Notes: generated from the letters alone by a model not told the origin. A DNA stretch of 63,281 nucleotides, filler included, from Reclinomonas americana ATCC 50394 (GCA_048213135.1; 46 parts of 46 records of this genome joined end to end with filler, not necessarily neighbours in it); one strand, 5' to 3'; counted from the first letter of the whole stretch, positions 37,485 through 49,602 are shown. Made by a program: numbers and translations.

Positions 37485-38552
37485 ATGTCCGCCACTCCTC
37501 CTTCTCTGCCATGCAAGTGTTTGCTCGGCCACTCCAGGCCCGTGATGTCGGTTGCTGTCTCTCCCGACGGGCAGCACCTTGTCAGCGGCAGTCTGGATAA
37601 ATCCGCTCGTGTGTGGTCGTTGGCCACGGGCGACGAAGTGCTGCAGGTGGAGCACAGTGGCACAGTGTTCTCCGCGAGAGTCACTCCCGATGGCCAGCAC
37701 CTCGTCTGTGGGTGCTCGGACAAGTCCATTCGTGTGTGGTCACTGGCGAGCGGAGAAGAGGTGCGACGCGCTGAAGGGCACTCGACGCTGGTGTGGTCGG
37801 TTGCCATTACTCCCGATGGGCAGCACGTGGTGAGCGGGAGCTTTGATAAGACAGTGCGCGTGTGGTCGATGGAGAGTGGCGAGATTCGGCGACTTGAAGG
37901 GCACACTGATTTGGTGGCGTTTGTCGCGGTCACTACCGACGGCCTGCACGTCGTGAGTGGGAGCCACGACTTGACTGTGCGGGTGTGGTCGTTGGCGAGT
38001 GGAATGCAGGTGCGAAAGTTGGAGGGCCACACCGACATTGTGTGCTCCGTGGCAGTCAGCCCCGATAACCAGCACGTGGTGAGTGGAAGTGAAGACAAGA
38101 CCGTGCGGGTGTGGTCGCTGGCGAGCGGAGAGGAGGTGCGACGGTTGGAGGGGCACACTGGCGCAGTGTTCTCCGTCGCCGTCACTCCCACTGGTGAGCA
38201 TGTGGTGAGTGGCAGCTTGGACAGGACCGTGCGTGTGTGGTCACTGGCGAGTGGCGAGGAGGTGCGCCGACTGGTCGGTCATGCGGCATCGGTGTATGCC
38301 GTGGCCGTCGTCGGCGGCATTCAGCACATTGTGAGTTGCAGTGAGGATCAAACAATCCGCGTGTGGTCCACCCCATTTGGTCTCGCTCGCCAGGAACTCG
38401 AGTGTGCGCGCTTGGCCATGCGCGCTCTGCAGGAGATGCTGCGCGAGGAAGACGAGGTGGAGCGTTGCTTGGTGGAAATGGCGCTGCGCTGCTTCATTGT
38501 CGAAGAGGCGGAGGTCGTTGTTCATTGCCGATCCTACGACGGTGGTTTTTGA
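37485..38552 (+). CDS. Seven-repeat WD40 beta-propeller protein, intronless, with a C-terminal helical tail
   Basis: Repeated GH...V.SVAV(S/T)PDGQHVVSGS.DKTVRVWSLASG. Confidence 0.95.
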   Translation: MSATPPSLPCKCLLGHSRPVMSVAVSPDGQHLVSGSLDKSARVWSLATGDEVLQVEHSGTVFSARVTPDGQHLVCGCSDKSIRVWSLASGEEVRRAEGHSTLVWSVAITPDGQHVVSGSFDKTVRVWSMESGEIRRLEGHTDLVAFVAVTTDGLHVVSGSHDLTVRVWSLASGMQVRKLEGHTDIVCSVAVSPDNQHVVSGSEDKTVRVWSLASGEEVRRLEGHTGAVFSVAVTPTGEHVVSGSLDRTVRVWSLASGEEVRRLVGHAASVYAVAVVGGIQHIVSCSEDQTIRVWSTPFGLARQELECARLAMRALQEMLREEDEVERCLVEMALRCFIVEEAEVVVHCRSYDGGF

Positions 38553-38729
38553 CTGTGTTGGCCTTTTTCTGTTGCTCCTCGTTTCTTGTATGTTGTAGCT
38601 GGTACTTTTTGGNNNNNNNNNNNNNNNNNNNNNNNNNNNNNNNNNNNNNNNNNNNNTTAATTAATTAANNNNNNNNNNNNNNNNNNNNNNNNNNNNNNNN
38701 NNNNNNNNNNNNCAGAAAGAGGCGTGTAC

Positions 38730-39297
38730 CTTTACCGGCATCCACCACATGGCACCGGCGTTGCAGACCATGATATCCACGCGCCCAAACGTCTTTACAG
38801 TGAGCGCCACCATTTGCTCAATGTCTTCCTCGCGACGCACATCGCACTTGATCGGAAGCGCCTTCGCTCCACTTCCCAAGGCCTCCACCTACTCAGCGCG
38901 AGTGAGGAGGATGCATGAAATAGGCGAGACTAAAGGAGGCTGCAGGAGGACAACACCTCCTGCGCCACAGTGTAAATGGAGCCCGGCAAGGCTTCGGAGG
39001 TCTCAGTGGACTTGGCAGCGATCACCACATGCGCGCCTGCAGCGAGCGATCAATGTTCGGAGTTCAGATGCGGAGATTCATGACGCTCTTCTCTGCTCTG
39101 CTGCAACCACACGCATTCACACGGTGTCGATGCACAGTGGGCATGTGTGCATCTATGCACCCACCCACCCACCCACCTGCTTGCGCAAAGAGGAGGACCA
39201 TTTCGCGCCCGATGCCGCGCGAGGCACCAGTGACAATGGCCACGCGACCACGCAGAGCGCGGCGGTCCACGAGGTCTTTGCAGAGAGGATTCGACAT
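38730..39297 (-). CDS. Short-chain dehydrogenase/reductase, HSDL2-like, N-terminal exons
   Basis: GRVAIVTGASRGIG...VVIAAKST...LPGSIYTVAQE|VEALG...CDVR...GRVDIMVCNAGA. Confidence 0.85.
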
Positions 39298-39645
39298 GAG
39301 CAGGCCACACAGGAAGGAGTTAACCAAGGAGTTGTCGGTGAAGGACACAAGAAAGGACCTAGTCGATATCAACTTCAACGCCATCCAATCTGCATGCTCT
39401 CCCGCGACAAACAACAACAATGCAGCTGCATGGTCATTCTCGCCAACGACACTTCAACTCCTTTGACGGATCGCAAATGCAATTGCCTTTTCCTGACCAC
39501 GCAGCTGAGCACCTGCAAGTGCAAGTGCGATTCCCAGCATGTCGAAGCTCAGAATACCAAGCAGCTGCAGCGATGTGTTGATGTGGATGATGTACGCAGC
39601 TACTGTAGCTTGCCTGTTTGTTACGTTTTCATTCCCTCTTGTTGC

Positions 39646-39828
39646 TTACGTTTCCGGCATGATCTGTGCAATGACCTTTGCCACAGGCACAGTGATGCTG
39701 GAGGGCCTCTCCGCGAGAATGAATTCAGTATCGCGCAGGTGCAGCGTCCACAGGCTGCCGACGTTGTTGTACGAGTGCAGGTGGCCCTTGACTTTGAGCT
39801 TCCCCGAGGTCTTGGTGTCGGGAGGATT
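39646..39828 (-). CDS. Divergent TFIIA small (gamma) subunit-like protein, last exon (absent from the ORF track)
   Basis: After a CAG acceptor: NPPDTKTSGKLKVKGHLHSYNNVGSLWTLHLRDTEF...ITVPVAKVIAQ..., compared with canonical KGHL.TYRFCDNVWTF...V.KVKIVA. Confidence 0.65.
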   Translation of the reverse strand, partial: NPPDTKTSGKLKVKGHLHSYNNVGSLWTLHLRDTEFILAERPSSITVPVAKVIAQIMPET

Positions 39829-40088
39829 CTGTGAATACAGAGCGTGAGAGGGAGGAAGGAGGGAGAGAGAGAGACAAAGAGGGACAGAGAGAGTGAGAGG
39901 GGGAGGAGGGAGAGGGAGGGAGAGAGGGAGAGAGAGAGAGAGGAGGAGAGGAGGAGGAGGGAGGAGGAGGGAGGAGAAGAAAGAGAGANNNNNNNNNNNN
40001 NNNNNNNNNNNNNNNNNNNNNNNNNNNNNNNNTTAATTAATTAANNNNNNNNNNNNNNNNNNNNNNNNNNNNNNNNNNNNNNNNNNNN

Positions 40089-41364
40089 TGTGCTGATCGA
40101 GCCACTTTGCAGCGAACCAACCGTCGTCACGCTGCCGCCACTAATCACGCCAGATGTGCTGACAGACAGGCCCTGCACCGTGCCGCTGGTCGTCACACTG
40201 CCGCCCGTGATCACTCCACCAGCATTGATCACACCGAATGTGCTGATGCTGCCGCCGTGCAGCGATCCCGCGGTCGTCACACTGCCGCCGCTGATCACAC
40301 CAAATGCACTCACTGAACTGCTCTCCAGAGTACCGACCGTCGTCACACTGCCGCCGCTGATCACACCGAATGTGCTGACCAAGCCACTCTGCAGCGAACC
40401 AACCGTCGTCACACTGCCGCCACTAATCACGCCAGATGCGCTGACAGACAGGCCCTGCACCGTGCCGCTGGTCGTCACACTGCCGCCCGTGATCACTCCA
40501 CCAGCATTGATCACACCGAATGTGCTGATGCTGCCGCTGTGCAGCGATCCAGCGGTCGTCACACTTCCGCCGCTTACAATTCCACTTGCAGAAAGCGACG
40601 AACCAAGTATCGTGCCACCTGACAAGATCCCGCTTGTGGTAATACTGCCACCGCTGACAGTGCCTACGGCGCTAATGTTGCTTGTGATACCAAGAGTATT
40701 CGTAATGATGACGGAGGCGCTGATCGAACCAGAGGTAGTAAGGTCAGCCGCAGTCAATAGGCCGGCAGTGCTGATGGAACTACTCTGCAATGACCCCACA
40801 GTTGTCACGCTGCCACCTGTTATCAGACCACCAGCATTGATCACACCGAATGTGCTGATGCTGCCGCCTTGCAGCGAACCCGCTGTCGTCACACTGCCGG
40901 CACTGATCAAACCAGACGAACTAATAGTACCAGACTGCACACTGCCAGTCGACGTGAAGCTACCACCGCTCACGAGCCCAAACGAGCTCACAGTGCCAGA
41001 TTGCACATTGCCAACTGTCGTCACACTGCCACCACTGATCAAGCCAAACGAGCTGACGGTGCCGGACTGCACGCTGCCAGTGGTCGTCACGCTTCCGCCA
41101 GTAATCAGACCACCAGCGTTAATCACACCGAGCGTACTTATACTCCCGCCATGCAACGCACCCGCTGTCGTCACACTTCCGCCGCTGATCAAGCCGAATG
41201 AACTCACAGTGCCAGATTGCATGCTGCCGACCGTCGTCACGCTGCCACCAGCAATCAGACCACCAGCGTTAATCACACCGAGCGTGCTGATACTGTCACC
41301 CTGCAGCGAGCCCGCTGTCGTCACACTGCCGCCGCTGATCACGCCGAACGAGCTGACGGTGCCA
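40089..41364 (-). CDS. Gly/Ser/Thr/Val-rich tandem beta-repeat protein fragment (fibre-shaft-like), open at both ends
   Basis: Whole contig open; 11-aa units GGSVTTxGSLQ, SGTVSSFGLIS and GGSISTFGVINAGGxIT. Confidence 0.8.
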
Positions 41365-41476
41365 NNNNNNNNNNNNNNNNNNNNNNNNNNNNNNNNNNNN
41401 NNNNNNNNTTAATTAATTAANNNNNNNNNNNNNNNNNNNNNNNNNNNNNNNNNNNNNNNNNNNNGCCACCTCGCAG

Positions 41477-42092
41477 GCCCTTCGACAGTTTGGTACCGAC
41501 TTTACGCTGATTTCAAGGTTGTTCCCGACGCGAACGCGTCGGCAAATTGCGTGCAAGTTCAAGGACGAGGAGCGAGAGAACCCGTCTCGCATCGACTTTG
41601 CGTTGTCGAATCCACAGCCTGTTGGTGTGTTGTTGAGGAATCGGTTCCTGTTTTTCTAGTGCTGTGCACGGTTGCTGAGTGGTGATGGCACAGACCCGAA
41701 ATTGTATCTGCGTGTCCTGGAGAGCATCCGCAAGTCTAGAAGTAAGGAGAAAGGCCAGATTGGTATGCACAACTGCACCGGAGGATCCCGATGTTGCGCG
41801 CATGCTCACTGTGTCGTTACTCTCAACAGTTGTTCGACCACTGGACGACGATACCGAAATGCAACACGAAGACGAAGACGGTGGAGGTCGCAGACAACGC
41901 GCTGTCGAAGAAGAGGAGGAGGAGCAGGCGCCAAAGGTTGCGGCCGTCTCTCCAAAGGACCCACTGTCGGCCGCATTTGAGGACGAAGAAGACGGTGAGT
42001 GTTATACGCTTCGTGTCCATCTTTTCGTCCCCTTGCGATGCTGATGCTTGATGGCGACTGCAGATTTCGAGGATGTAGGACTGGACGAATAA
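41477..42092 (+). CDS. BDP1: TFIIIB B'' subunit (SANT/Myb domain), C-terminal four exons
   Basis: ALRQFGTDFTLISRLFPTRTRRQIACKFKDEERENPSRIDFAL is the Bdp1 SANT signature; TAA 42092. Confidence 0.85.
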
Positions 42093-42141
42093 TGAATGTG
42101 AATGTGCAAGTGTGCCTTCTTTTCAGTCATTGTCTGTCTGT

Positions 42142-42737
42142 TCATTGATGCTCGTCAGTCGTCACTATGTTGCAAATCCGAGTCCTGCATCGTTGCGGTC
42201 GTGTCAGATAAAAACAGTGTGCATTCGTTCCCTCCTTCGATCTGACACTCACCGACTCGGAACTCAGGTACCGTTGCTGTAAACACACAGTGCGCCCCAG
42301 TGAGATCACAGCACCGCAATGGAAACTGTCGCTCCGCAACCACGTACCGCAGCTGTGGCCTTCCTCCGCCTCTCATCGCTGCTACTGCTGCCCTCGCTGC
42401 TGTGATCCGAAGTGGCATCGTGCCGAGATGCTGTGGTGCCACGCTGGCTGCCCCCTCCCGTTGTGGATCCGGCACCGGAGCCTTGTGACGCTGCAGATCC
42501 ACGACGCCATTGGAATCGCACTGATGACGACGGAGTACCAGCTGCGGCGCCGCCTGTGCTTCCACTGACGCTGCCTGGTCGCGAACCACTTCCCGCGACA
42601 TCCTGCAAGCGATGCGAGAAGCGCGCGCACGTTAGTTCCTCTATCACTCGTCCCGTCACGTGTGCCCGCTGAACCAACCTGCTGCTGCGACTGTCGACGA
42701 TTGCGCTCAGCTTCTTCTCGCTCGCGTTTTTCGCGCT
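42142..42737 (-). CDS. Hypothetical Ser/Gly-rich protein C-terminus
   Basis: Low-complexity exon with GT-AG boundaries; convergent with BDP1. Confidence 0.35.
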
Positions 42738-43990
42738 NNNNNNNNNNNNNNNNNNNNNNNNNNNNNNNNNNNNNNNNNNNNTTAATTAATTAANNNNNNN
42801 NNNNNNNNNNNNNNNNNNNNNNNNNNNNNNNNNNNNNAGAGAGAGAGAGAGAGAGCGAGAGAGAGGTTTAGCGAATAGGCAGGTTTGAGTCTGGTGTGGA
42901 GGCAAGGGTAGAGTAGGTATCAAAGATTACTTGTTGGTTTTGTGGATGTGGGCAGCAACAGACCGAAAGAATGGCATGTTGTCTTGTCTTGGCGGGGAGA
43001 CGGGAAGCGTAACCTCGCGTCGTACTGACTGTGCTCCTCGGATGTAGATCTCTCAACTCGCTCTCATCTGTTCCCACGACCAACGCACCGGCGACCATGG
43101 TCCACTCGGCGTCGTCGTCGCATCTGAGTGCCAGTTCGGCGACCTCGAGCAGTCTGAGAAGTCACAGCCCGAGTTCGGCCGCTGTCGCACGCTTCCGCGA
43201 CCCCAGCGTCATTCCGCCACCACCGACGCTCTTGGGAGCCCGGCGACCGTGAAACGGATGAAAAAGCAAATGAAAAAAACCAGTGTTTTGTTATGAAGAG
43301 GCACGTCGGACTGTGTGTTTCATTGCCGTAAATGGTACGCAGCACACGCGCGTACGCAGTGAAACCGAGGACAGTGCGATCGGCAACAAATGTGGGAGGC
43401 GGCACATTATTTGGGGTTGCCGCGGAACATCGGAATGTCCTGCATTGTGGGAAGAGGGGGAATGAGTGCGATAAAGGGAAGGAAACACTTGTGTGATGTG
43501 CTCGCTGTACAGGCTAAGTCTGCTGACACTCAAAGAAACTAAACTGAGAGGGGTGTCAGCAACAACCACTGCAAAAAGCATGCCCGTGTGACTGCAAAGC
43601 CGTGCAAATTGCTGCTACCAGTGACTCTGAAGCTCAACGGGTGCAATTTGATGCGACAACGCTTCAATGTGACTGCCAGTGCTCTTGGGGAAAACAGAAG
43701 TGCAAATTGATGTGCGATGGATGACTCGCAGCAAAGCGGATGCAAATTGCAGGTGTCATCGACCCTGAAACTCAGCCAGTGCAAGTTGATGTGACTGCAA
43801 ACTACAGTATCTCTGCGCACATCGAACGGAGCAACAAACACACCTTCAGGTTGTTCTTCTTGACCTCGCGGGCCGTCTGGCACTGCGCGCACACACCTGC
43901 AAATACACAACCATCATCATAAGAGAACGAGGGGCGGGCAGTGAGAGAGAGAGAGAGAGAGAGACCATCACCACCAGAAAACAAGGGGTG

Positions 43991-44075
<85 letters not shown>

Positions 44076-44077
44076 GA

Positions 44078-44108
<31 letters not shown>

Positions 44109-44208
44109 NNNNNNNNNNNNNNNNNNNNNNNNNNNNNNNNNNNNNNNNNNNNTTAATTAATTAANNNNNNNNNNNNNNNNNNNNNNNNNNNNNNNNNNNN
44201 NNNNNNNN

Positions 44209-44333
<125 letters not shown>

Positions 44334-44533
44334 AGAGAGAGAGGAGAGAGAGAGGAGAGTGTGAGATTAGGGGCAGCGAGAGAGAGAGAACGCAAGTGCA
44401 TGGTGAATGGAGCGTGAAAGAGAGACAGCCTGGGGGAGCAATCACCTGCGAGGCACTCAAGTGCGCTGCGAGCGAGAGTTTGAGGAGTTGATCATATATC
44501 TGCGAGGAAGGGCGATGTCTTCTCTTCTCCAGA

Positions 44534-45244
44534 ATCTTCGCCGTTGTTCACTGCCGCCGCACGATGCTGTTGCTCCGTTTATCCTTTCCCTGGCATCCCC
44601 TTGCCTCTCTTGCATTGGTGTGACAAGCTTGTTGCTTTCGTCAACAACGGGGGCACCAAATGCAACGAAAGACACGAGCAGTTCACTTTCCTTGCCTTGT
44701 ACCAATCTCTCGCATTCCCTCCCTCTCTCTCGCTCTCTCTCTCTTCCCCCTTTTTATCACCAGATCCATACACCAACGCCACCTCCGTGACCATCGCCTC
44801 TCCCTCCTCGGCGGCGGCTGCGGAGCCTCGCGCCCCTCCACCGCCGATGCCGATGTGCATCCACCACTCGCATCGCCGCCGGCCTCCAAGTATTCGGTGC
44901 CGGCGGCTTTCGACAATTCTCCTGCTTCTACACCCGCACCTGCGCCGTCGCCCCTCCAACAAAAGATCCACGCGCTCCACGCGGCCAACACCATGAAGGC
45001 CGTGCTCCCGCTGGCCAACGATCCCAACAACCTCTCTGCTCTGGAGTGCCTCGTTTCGTCGACACTCAGTGGGTTGAAAGTGTGTGGGAGGACTCTCTCT
45101 GTCTGACACATCAGCCTCTCCCAGGTTCCCCTGTGGGCCAATCAGACGACAGCCGAGGCCGACTCGGCGGGGGGTCGTGCCACAGCGCAGATGGCGGACG
45201 ACATGTTGGACAAGTTTGTCGGTCGTGAGAGGCCAACAGACAAG
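44534..45244 (+). CDS. Hypothetical multi-exon protein fragment
   Basis: Open exons with GTGTGT and GTACGG donors and CAG acceptors; limits approximate. Confidence 0.3.
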
Positions 45245-45386
45245 GTACGGCGATACATGATGATGGAACTCTCACTGAATACACACGCGCACACGAGACA
45301 CACACACACCGTGAGCAAGTGAGTGAGTGAGTGGGTGGTGAGCGTGTGTCTCTACTCGTATGTGTGGCGGTCGCTAGTGGATGCCA

Positions 45387-45476
<90 letters not shown>

Positions 45477-45835
45477 GTCTACNNNNNNNNNNNNNNNNNN
45501 NNNNNNNNNNNNNNNNNNNNNNNNNNTTAATTAATTAANNNNNNNNNNNNNNNNNNNNNNNNNNNNNNNNNNNNNNNNNNNNGAGGAGAGGGAGAGGAAA
45601 GAGGAGAGGAAAGAGGAGAGGAAAGAGGAGAGGGAAAGGGAGAAGACGGCAAGAGATAAGGATGAGCGTGGGGAGGAGAGGGGGGAGAAGAGGAGAGGAG
45701 AGGAGAGGATTTTATGGTTCCTTACAAGAAGCGAACTGCACCATTTCTGCCACTTCTTTCCTCCCCTTCTTCACCCTTTCCTCCGATCCCTTATTCTCCC
45801 CTCTCCTCCCTTCTTCCCTTTACCCCATCCCACAC

Positions 45836-46757
45836 CTGCAAGCTGTCCACCATAAAGTCCCCCATAAACGCCGACCACGTTGACGCGCCGACAAACGCCA
45901 TGACCAGCCACAGCTGCCGCAAACAAAACGTCAGCCGCGGCTTTCGACAACAACCCACACCAACGCAACTCCAACATAGCGCGGCGGCGTCGGCGTCTTC
46001 GTGGTGAACAGAATGATCAATCCGCCGACCGCACCCACAATCAGCGCCAGAGCCCACATGGGAAGTGCGCCGATGGAGGTGTGATAGCCTAGGTTAATGA
46101 AGAGTGAGTCTCAATGTTGATGCACGAGGTTAAGGTAAGGGCAACATACCAATAAATGTGAGGACCACGAGCGAAAACAGGCCCTGCATTCACCAATGAG
46201 TAAAACACTGTCAACCTTCTCCTCAAAAGGGGACCAACCATCGGCGACACCACCGCATACAAGCGATTCCAGGTCCCCGGTGCCGGCCCCATGGTGAACG
46301 ACCACAGGGCGTGCACGGGGAAGCAGAGAATCGACCACACCGTGTCGCAGCGCTTCGGTTTGCGTCGCACACTGCTGCCGCGCTGCGAGTCTTTCAGGCT
46401 GGTCACTGCGCGCACACACACGAATAAGCAACATGCCGCCGCCTTCTGCTGACAAGATGACAACCAACCGGCCAGCGATCCGGTCTTGGTCGAGCGCGTC
46501 GATTTGGAGGAGGTGTATGCTGGCGCAACGTAGTGGCGACTGATGGGTGGCGGCATGGGCTCGCCGAGGGGGCGCGGGGCAGCGCGTGGGGGGAGCAGGG
46601 GTGGGGAGTCGGAGTGGTCGACGGGTGACTCGCCGTCGTCGAACACGTCCATGTCGTCGCCAAAGTCACCGCCGCCGGTGGTGGAGAAGCGGAGGCCAGT
46701 GGCGTCGTTGTCGCTCTCCAGGTCCTCGGTGATGATGCCGACCTTGCCGAGGAACAC
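45836..46757 (-). CDS. Cation/Ca2+ exchanger of the CCX/NCLX (SLC8B1-like) group, internal fragment
   Basis: FPVHALWSFT...WNRLYAVVSP; LPMWALALIVGAVGGLIILFTTKTPTPPR; MAFVGASTWSAFMGDFMVDSLQ. Confidence 0.65.
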
Positions 46758-46956
46758 TATGGGGGCAAAGAGTGAGGGAAAGGGGAAGAAGGGGGGGAAG
46801 GGGGAAGAAGGGGGAGAAGGGGGGAGAAGGAGAAGGGGGGGCAGGAGAAGGGGGGANNNNNNNNNNNNNNNNNNNNNNNNNNNNNNNNNNNNNNNNNNNN
46901 TTAATTAATTAANNNNNNNNNNNNNNNNNNNNNNNNNNNNNNNNNNNNNNNNNNNN

Positions 46957-48127
46957 CGTCAAGCAGTTCAACAAGTCGCAGGACGAGATCAAGGTCGTCG
47001 ACACCGAGGTTCCCGCCGACGCGTGGGATCAGAAGATGAAGGCCGCGCAGGCCGCAGGCAAGGCGCCGGACGTCTACACCAGCTCCGCCAACCTGCTCGA
47101 TCTGGTGAACGCCGGATCCGTGCACGAGCTCGACTCGATCGTCTCGAAGGACGCGCTCGGCGAGATCATGGACACCGCCACCTCGATCTCCGAGGTCGAG
47201 GGCAAGCACTACGCCTACCCGCTGCTGCTCGAACCGCAGACCGTGCTGTTCTGGAACACCGACATGCTCGATGCCGCGGGCGTCGACTCCTCCGCGGCTC
47301 CCGAGACCTGGGACGACCTGCTCGCCGCCTGCGCGAAGATCCAGCCGACGCTCGCCGAGGGCCAGTACTGCATCTCGCCCGCGCAGGACGCCGTGACCAT
47401 GGCCTGGTCGACCGTGGGCCAGCAGTACAACTTCGCCGGGCACCTCGCACTCACGGACGACTGGTCCGCGCCCGACATCGACAACGACGGCTACCGCGAT
47501 CTCATGACGCAGTACAAGGAGCTGTGGGACAAGGGATACATGCCTAAGCAGCCGCTCGCCGCGTACGTCGGCGGGGAGGACTTCGGCCAGCAGAAGGTGG
47601 CCTTCAAGGTCTCCGGCTCGTGGATGATGTCGGAGATCGGCTCCGACTACGCCGACCTGCTCGCCAAGACGGGCGTCGGCGCATTCCCGAGCGCTTCCGG
47701 TGCCGACGGCCGCACGGCCACGACCATGGGCAACTTCACCTGGGTGGTCGACGCCAAGAGCAAGAACGCGGAGGCCGCAGGGAAGTTCCTCGAGTGGGCG
47801 ATCGCCGGCGACCCCGAGAACCTCGTGCCGTTCTTCGTCGACACCCAATTCACCAAGGTGCCTGTCCGCCAGTCGGTGCAGGATGCGGTCGCGGCGAGCC
47901 AGGAAGCCGCCGACGCCCCGTGGTCGAGCATCATCGTCGACGACATCGCGCCCGACGCGATCGCCGGCGCCACCTACCCGTGGGACGTGAACCTCGCCGT
48001 GGGCACCGCCATGGAGTCCGTGATGAAGGGCTCGGCGTCGGCGGACGACGCGATCAACACGGCCAAGGCCGCGATCCAGACGGTCATCGACCGTGACGGG
48101 CTGCCCGACAAGGCGCCCAAGAACTGA
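46957..48127 (+). CDS. Bacterial (actinobacterial-like) carbohydrate ABC transporter substrate-binding protein, 5' truncated
   Basis: APDV, GKHYAYP, LFWNTDML, PETWDDL, FGQQKVAF..SGSW, AAGKFLEW. Confidence 0.92.
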
Positions 48128-48134
48128 TATCGCT

Positions 48135-48172
48135 CGCTGTCCGGGGGCCGGGGTCCCGGTCCCCGGACAGCG
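48135..48172 (+). terminator. GC-rich intercistronic stem-loop after the substrate-binding gene (terminator or mRNA stabiliser)
   Basis: CGCTGTCCGGGGGCCGGG / CCCGGTCCCCGGACAGCG inverted repeat with no U-tract; next gene starts at ATG 48202 after GAGGTGG. Confidence 0.7.
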
Positions 48173-48762
48173 TCGCACCCTGAGATCGCGACGAGGTGGA
48201 AATGGCCAGTCAGGCTGTGCAGGAACGCCNNNNNNNNNNNNNNNNNNNNNNNNNNNNNNNNNNNNNNNNNNNNTTAATTAATTAANNNNNNNNNNNNNNN
48301 NNNNNNNNNNNNNNNNNNNNNNNNNNNNNGGGGAGGGTGAGATGCGGTGTACTTAATTGTTGATTCGCAGTGGGCGCCTCCACCCATCTGGCACGACCCT
48401 GTGGCCAACCTGGCCGCCGCCGGTGCTGGTGTGCTGAGTCAGCTGGCGTGGCCGTTTGCCACTCCGTCGACAGCGCAGTGCATTCGCGCCGCGCAGTATG
48501 CTGTGTGGGCAAGGAACACGGTGAGATTGAGAAGATTGGTTGTTTATTACGCGCTGTATGAAGAAGCTCATGAAATGTGTGGGATCACAGGACGGTGCGC
48601 TGCACGGCTCCCCCGATGCCGGCAAGCTCGGATTCTCCACCGGCAACGAGCCATTCAAGCCATGAGCATGCACACGATGGCACGCGCAGTGTTGATCCCC
48701 CCTACTTTTTCTCCTCCTTGAACCACAAAACTTGTAAACGGAATTTCCTTTTTTTCATTGCT

Positions 48763-48931
48763 TCACAACAAAAAGGGCACGATGGCCTTGCGGGTGGGTG
48801 GGTAGGTGTCGCCAAAGGTCTGGCGGTACCACTGGTGGTTCTTGAGGGCGCGAGGGACGAGGTTGGTGGAGGTCCAGATGGCGAAGACCACCGGTGCCAT
48901 TTGCCACTGCAGGGCCATGGCGTAGCCGAAC
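48763..48931 (-). CDS. Steroid 5-alpha-reductase (SRD5A/DET2 family), last exon (absent from the ORF track)
   Basis: FGYAMALQW...NLVPRALKNHQWYRQTFGDTYPPTRKAIVPFLL*. Confidence 0.9.
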
Positions 48932-49066
48932 CTGTGAAGCAAAGGAAGCAGGGAAATTCAGACAAAGGTGAAAGCTGCGCAGCGGCAGAGTGGAACAGCA
49001 AAGGCACAGCTCTCCTGCTATCTCTCTCTCTCTCTCTCTCTCTCTCTTAAGGTCAAGGTGCGCTGG

Positions 49067-49515
49067 GACATGAAAAGCAAAGCAAAGGCACTGCAGCACT
49101 TCCGATTGAAGTCGACGCTGATCGAAACATATCATGTGTATCTTGCAATCTCTCTGCAGAGCAGGGTGCACAGCGACATAAGAAGCAAAGCAAAGACACA
49201 GGAGCACTTCTGATTGCAGACGACGCCACCACCACGTCACCACCTCTCTTCCTCTCCTACTCTTCAGGGCAGAAGAGGCACTGTGACATGAGAAGCAAAG
49301 CAAAGGCAGCGTAGCTCTCGTGGTTGCAGTCGACGCTGATCAGCAACAACTCTCTCTCTCTTTTTCTGGTGTGTGCTTGCTGGTATGTGTGCGTGCGCGT
49401 AAATGTTGGGCGCCAACGCAGACAAGCGCCACAAGTACCATCTTTCTTTCTCTCTCTCTCTCGCGCGCGCGACATGAGAAGGAATGCAAACACATCGCAG
49501 TGCGTCGCGTCGACA
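49067..49515. repeat. Degenerate ~110-bp period repeat with a ~55-bp conserved core, probably intronic
   Basis: GACAT.A.AAGCAAAGCAAAG...TTG.AG.CGACGC at ~49067, ~49175 and ~49285; weaker copy at ~49471. Confidence 0.75.
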
Positions 49516-49523
49516 ACATCATT

Positions 49524-49602
<79 letters not shown>

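Noticed and set aside
40090..41412. 440-aa plus-strand Pro/Leu/Val-rich ORF
   Set aside because: Antisense shadow of the Gly/Ser/Thr repeat frame; variation between repeats is mostly at third codon positions of the minus-strand frame
45111..45305. Possible RING finger (CPTCR) on the minus strand
   Set aside because: The remaining Cys/His ligands are not correctly spaced, and splice signals favour a plus-strand gene
46901..48178. Long antisense ORFs on bacterial contigs (also 4329-5357 and 60964-61689)
   Set aside because: Typical high-GC shadow frames opposite clearly recognisable genes
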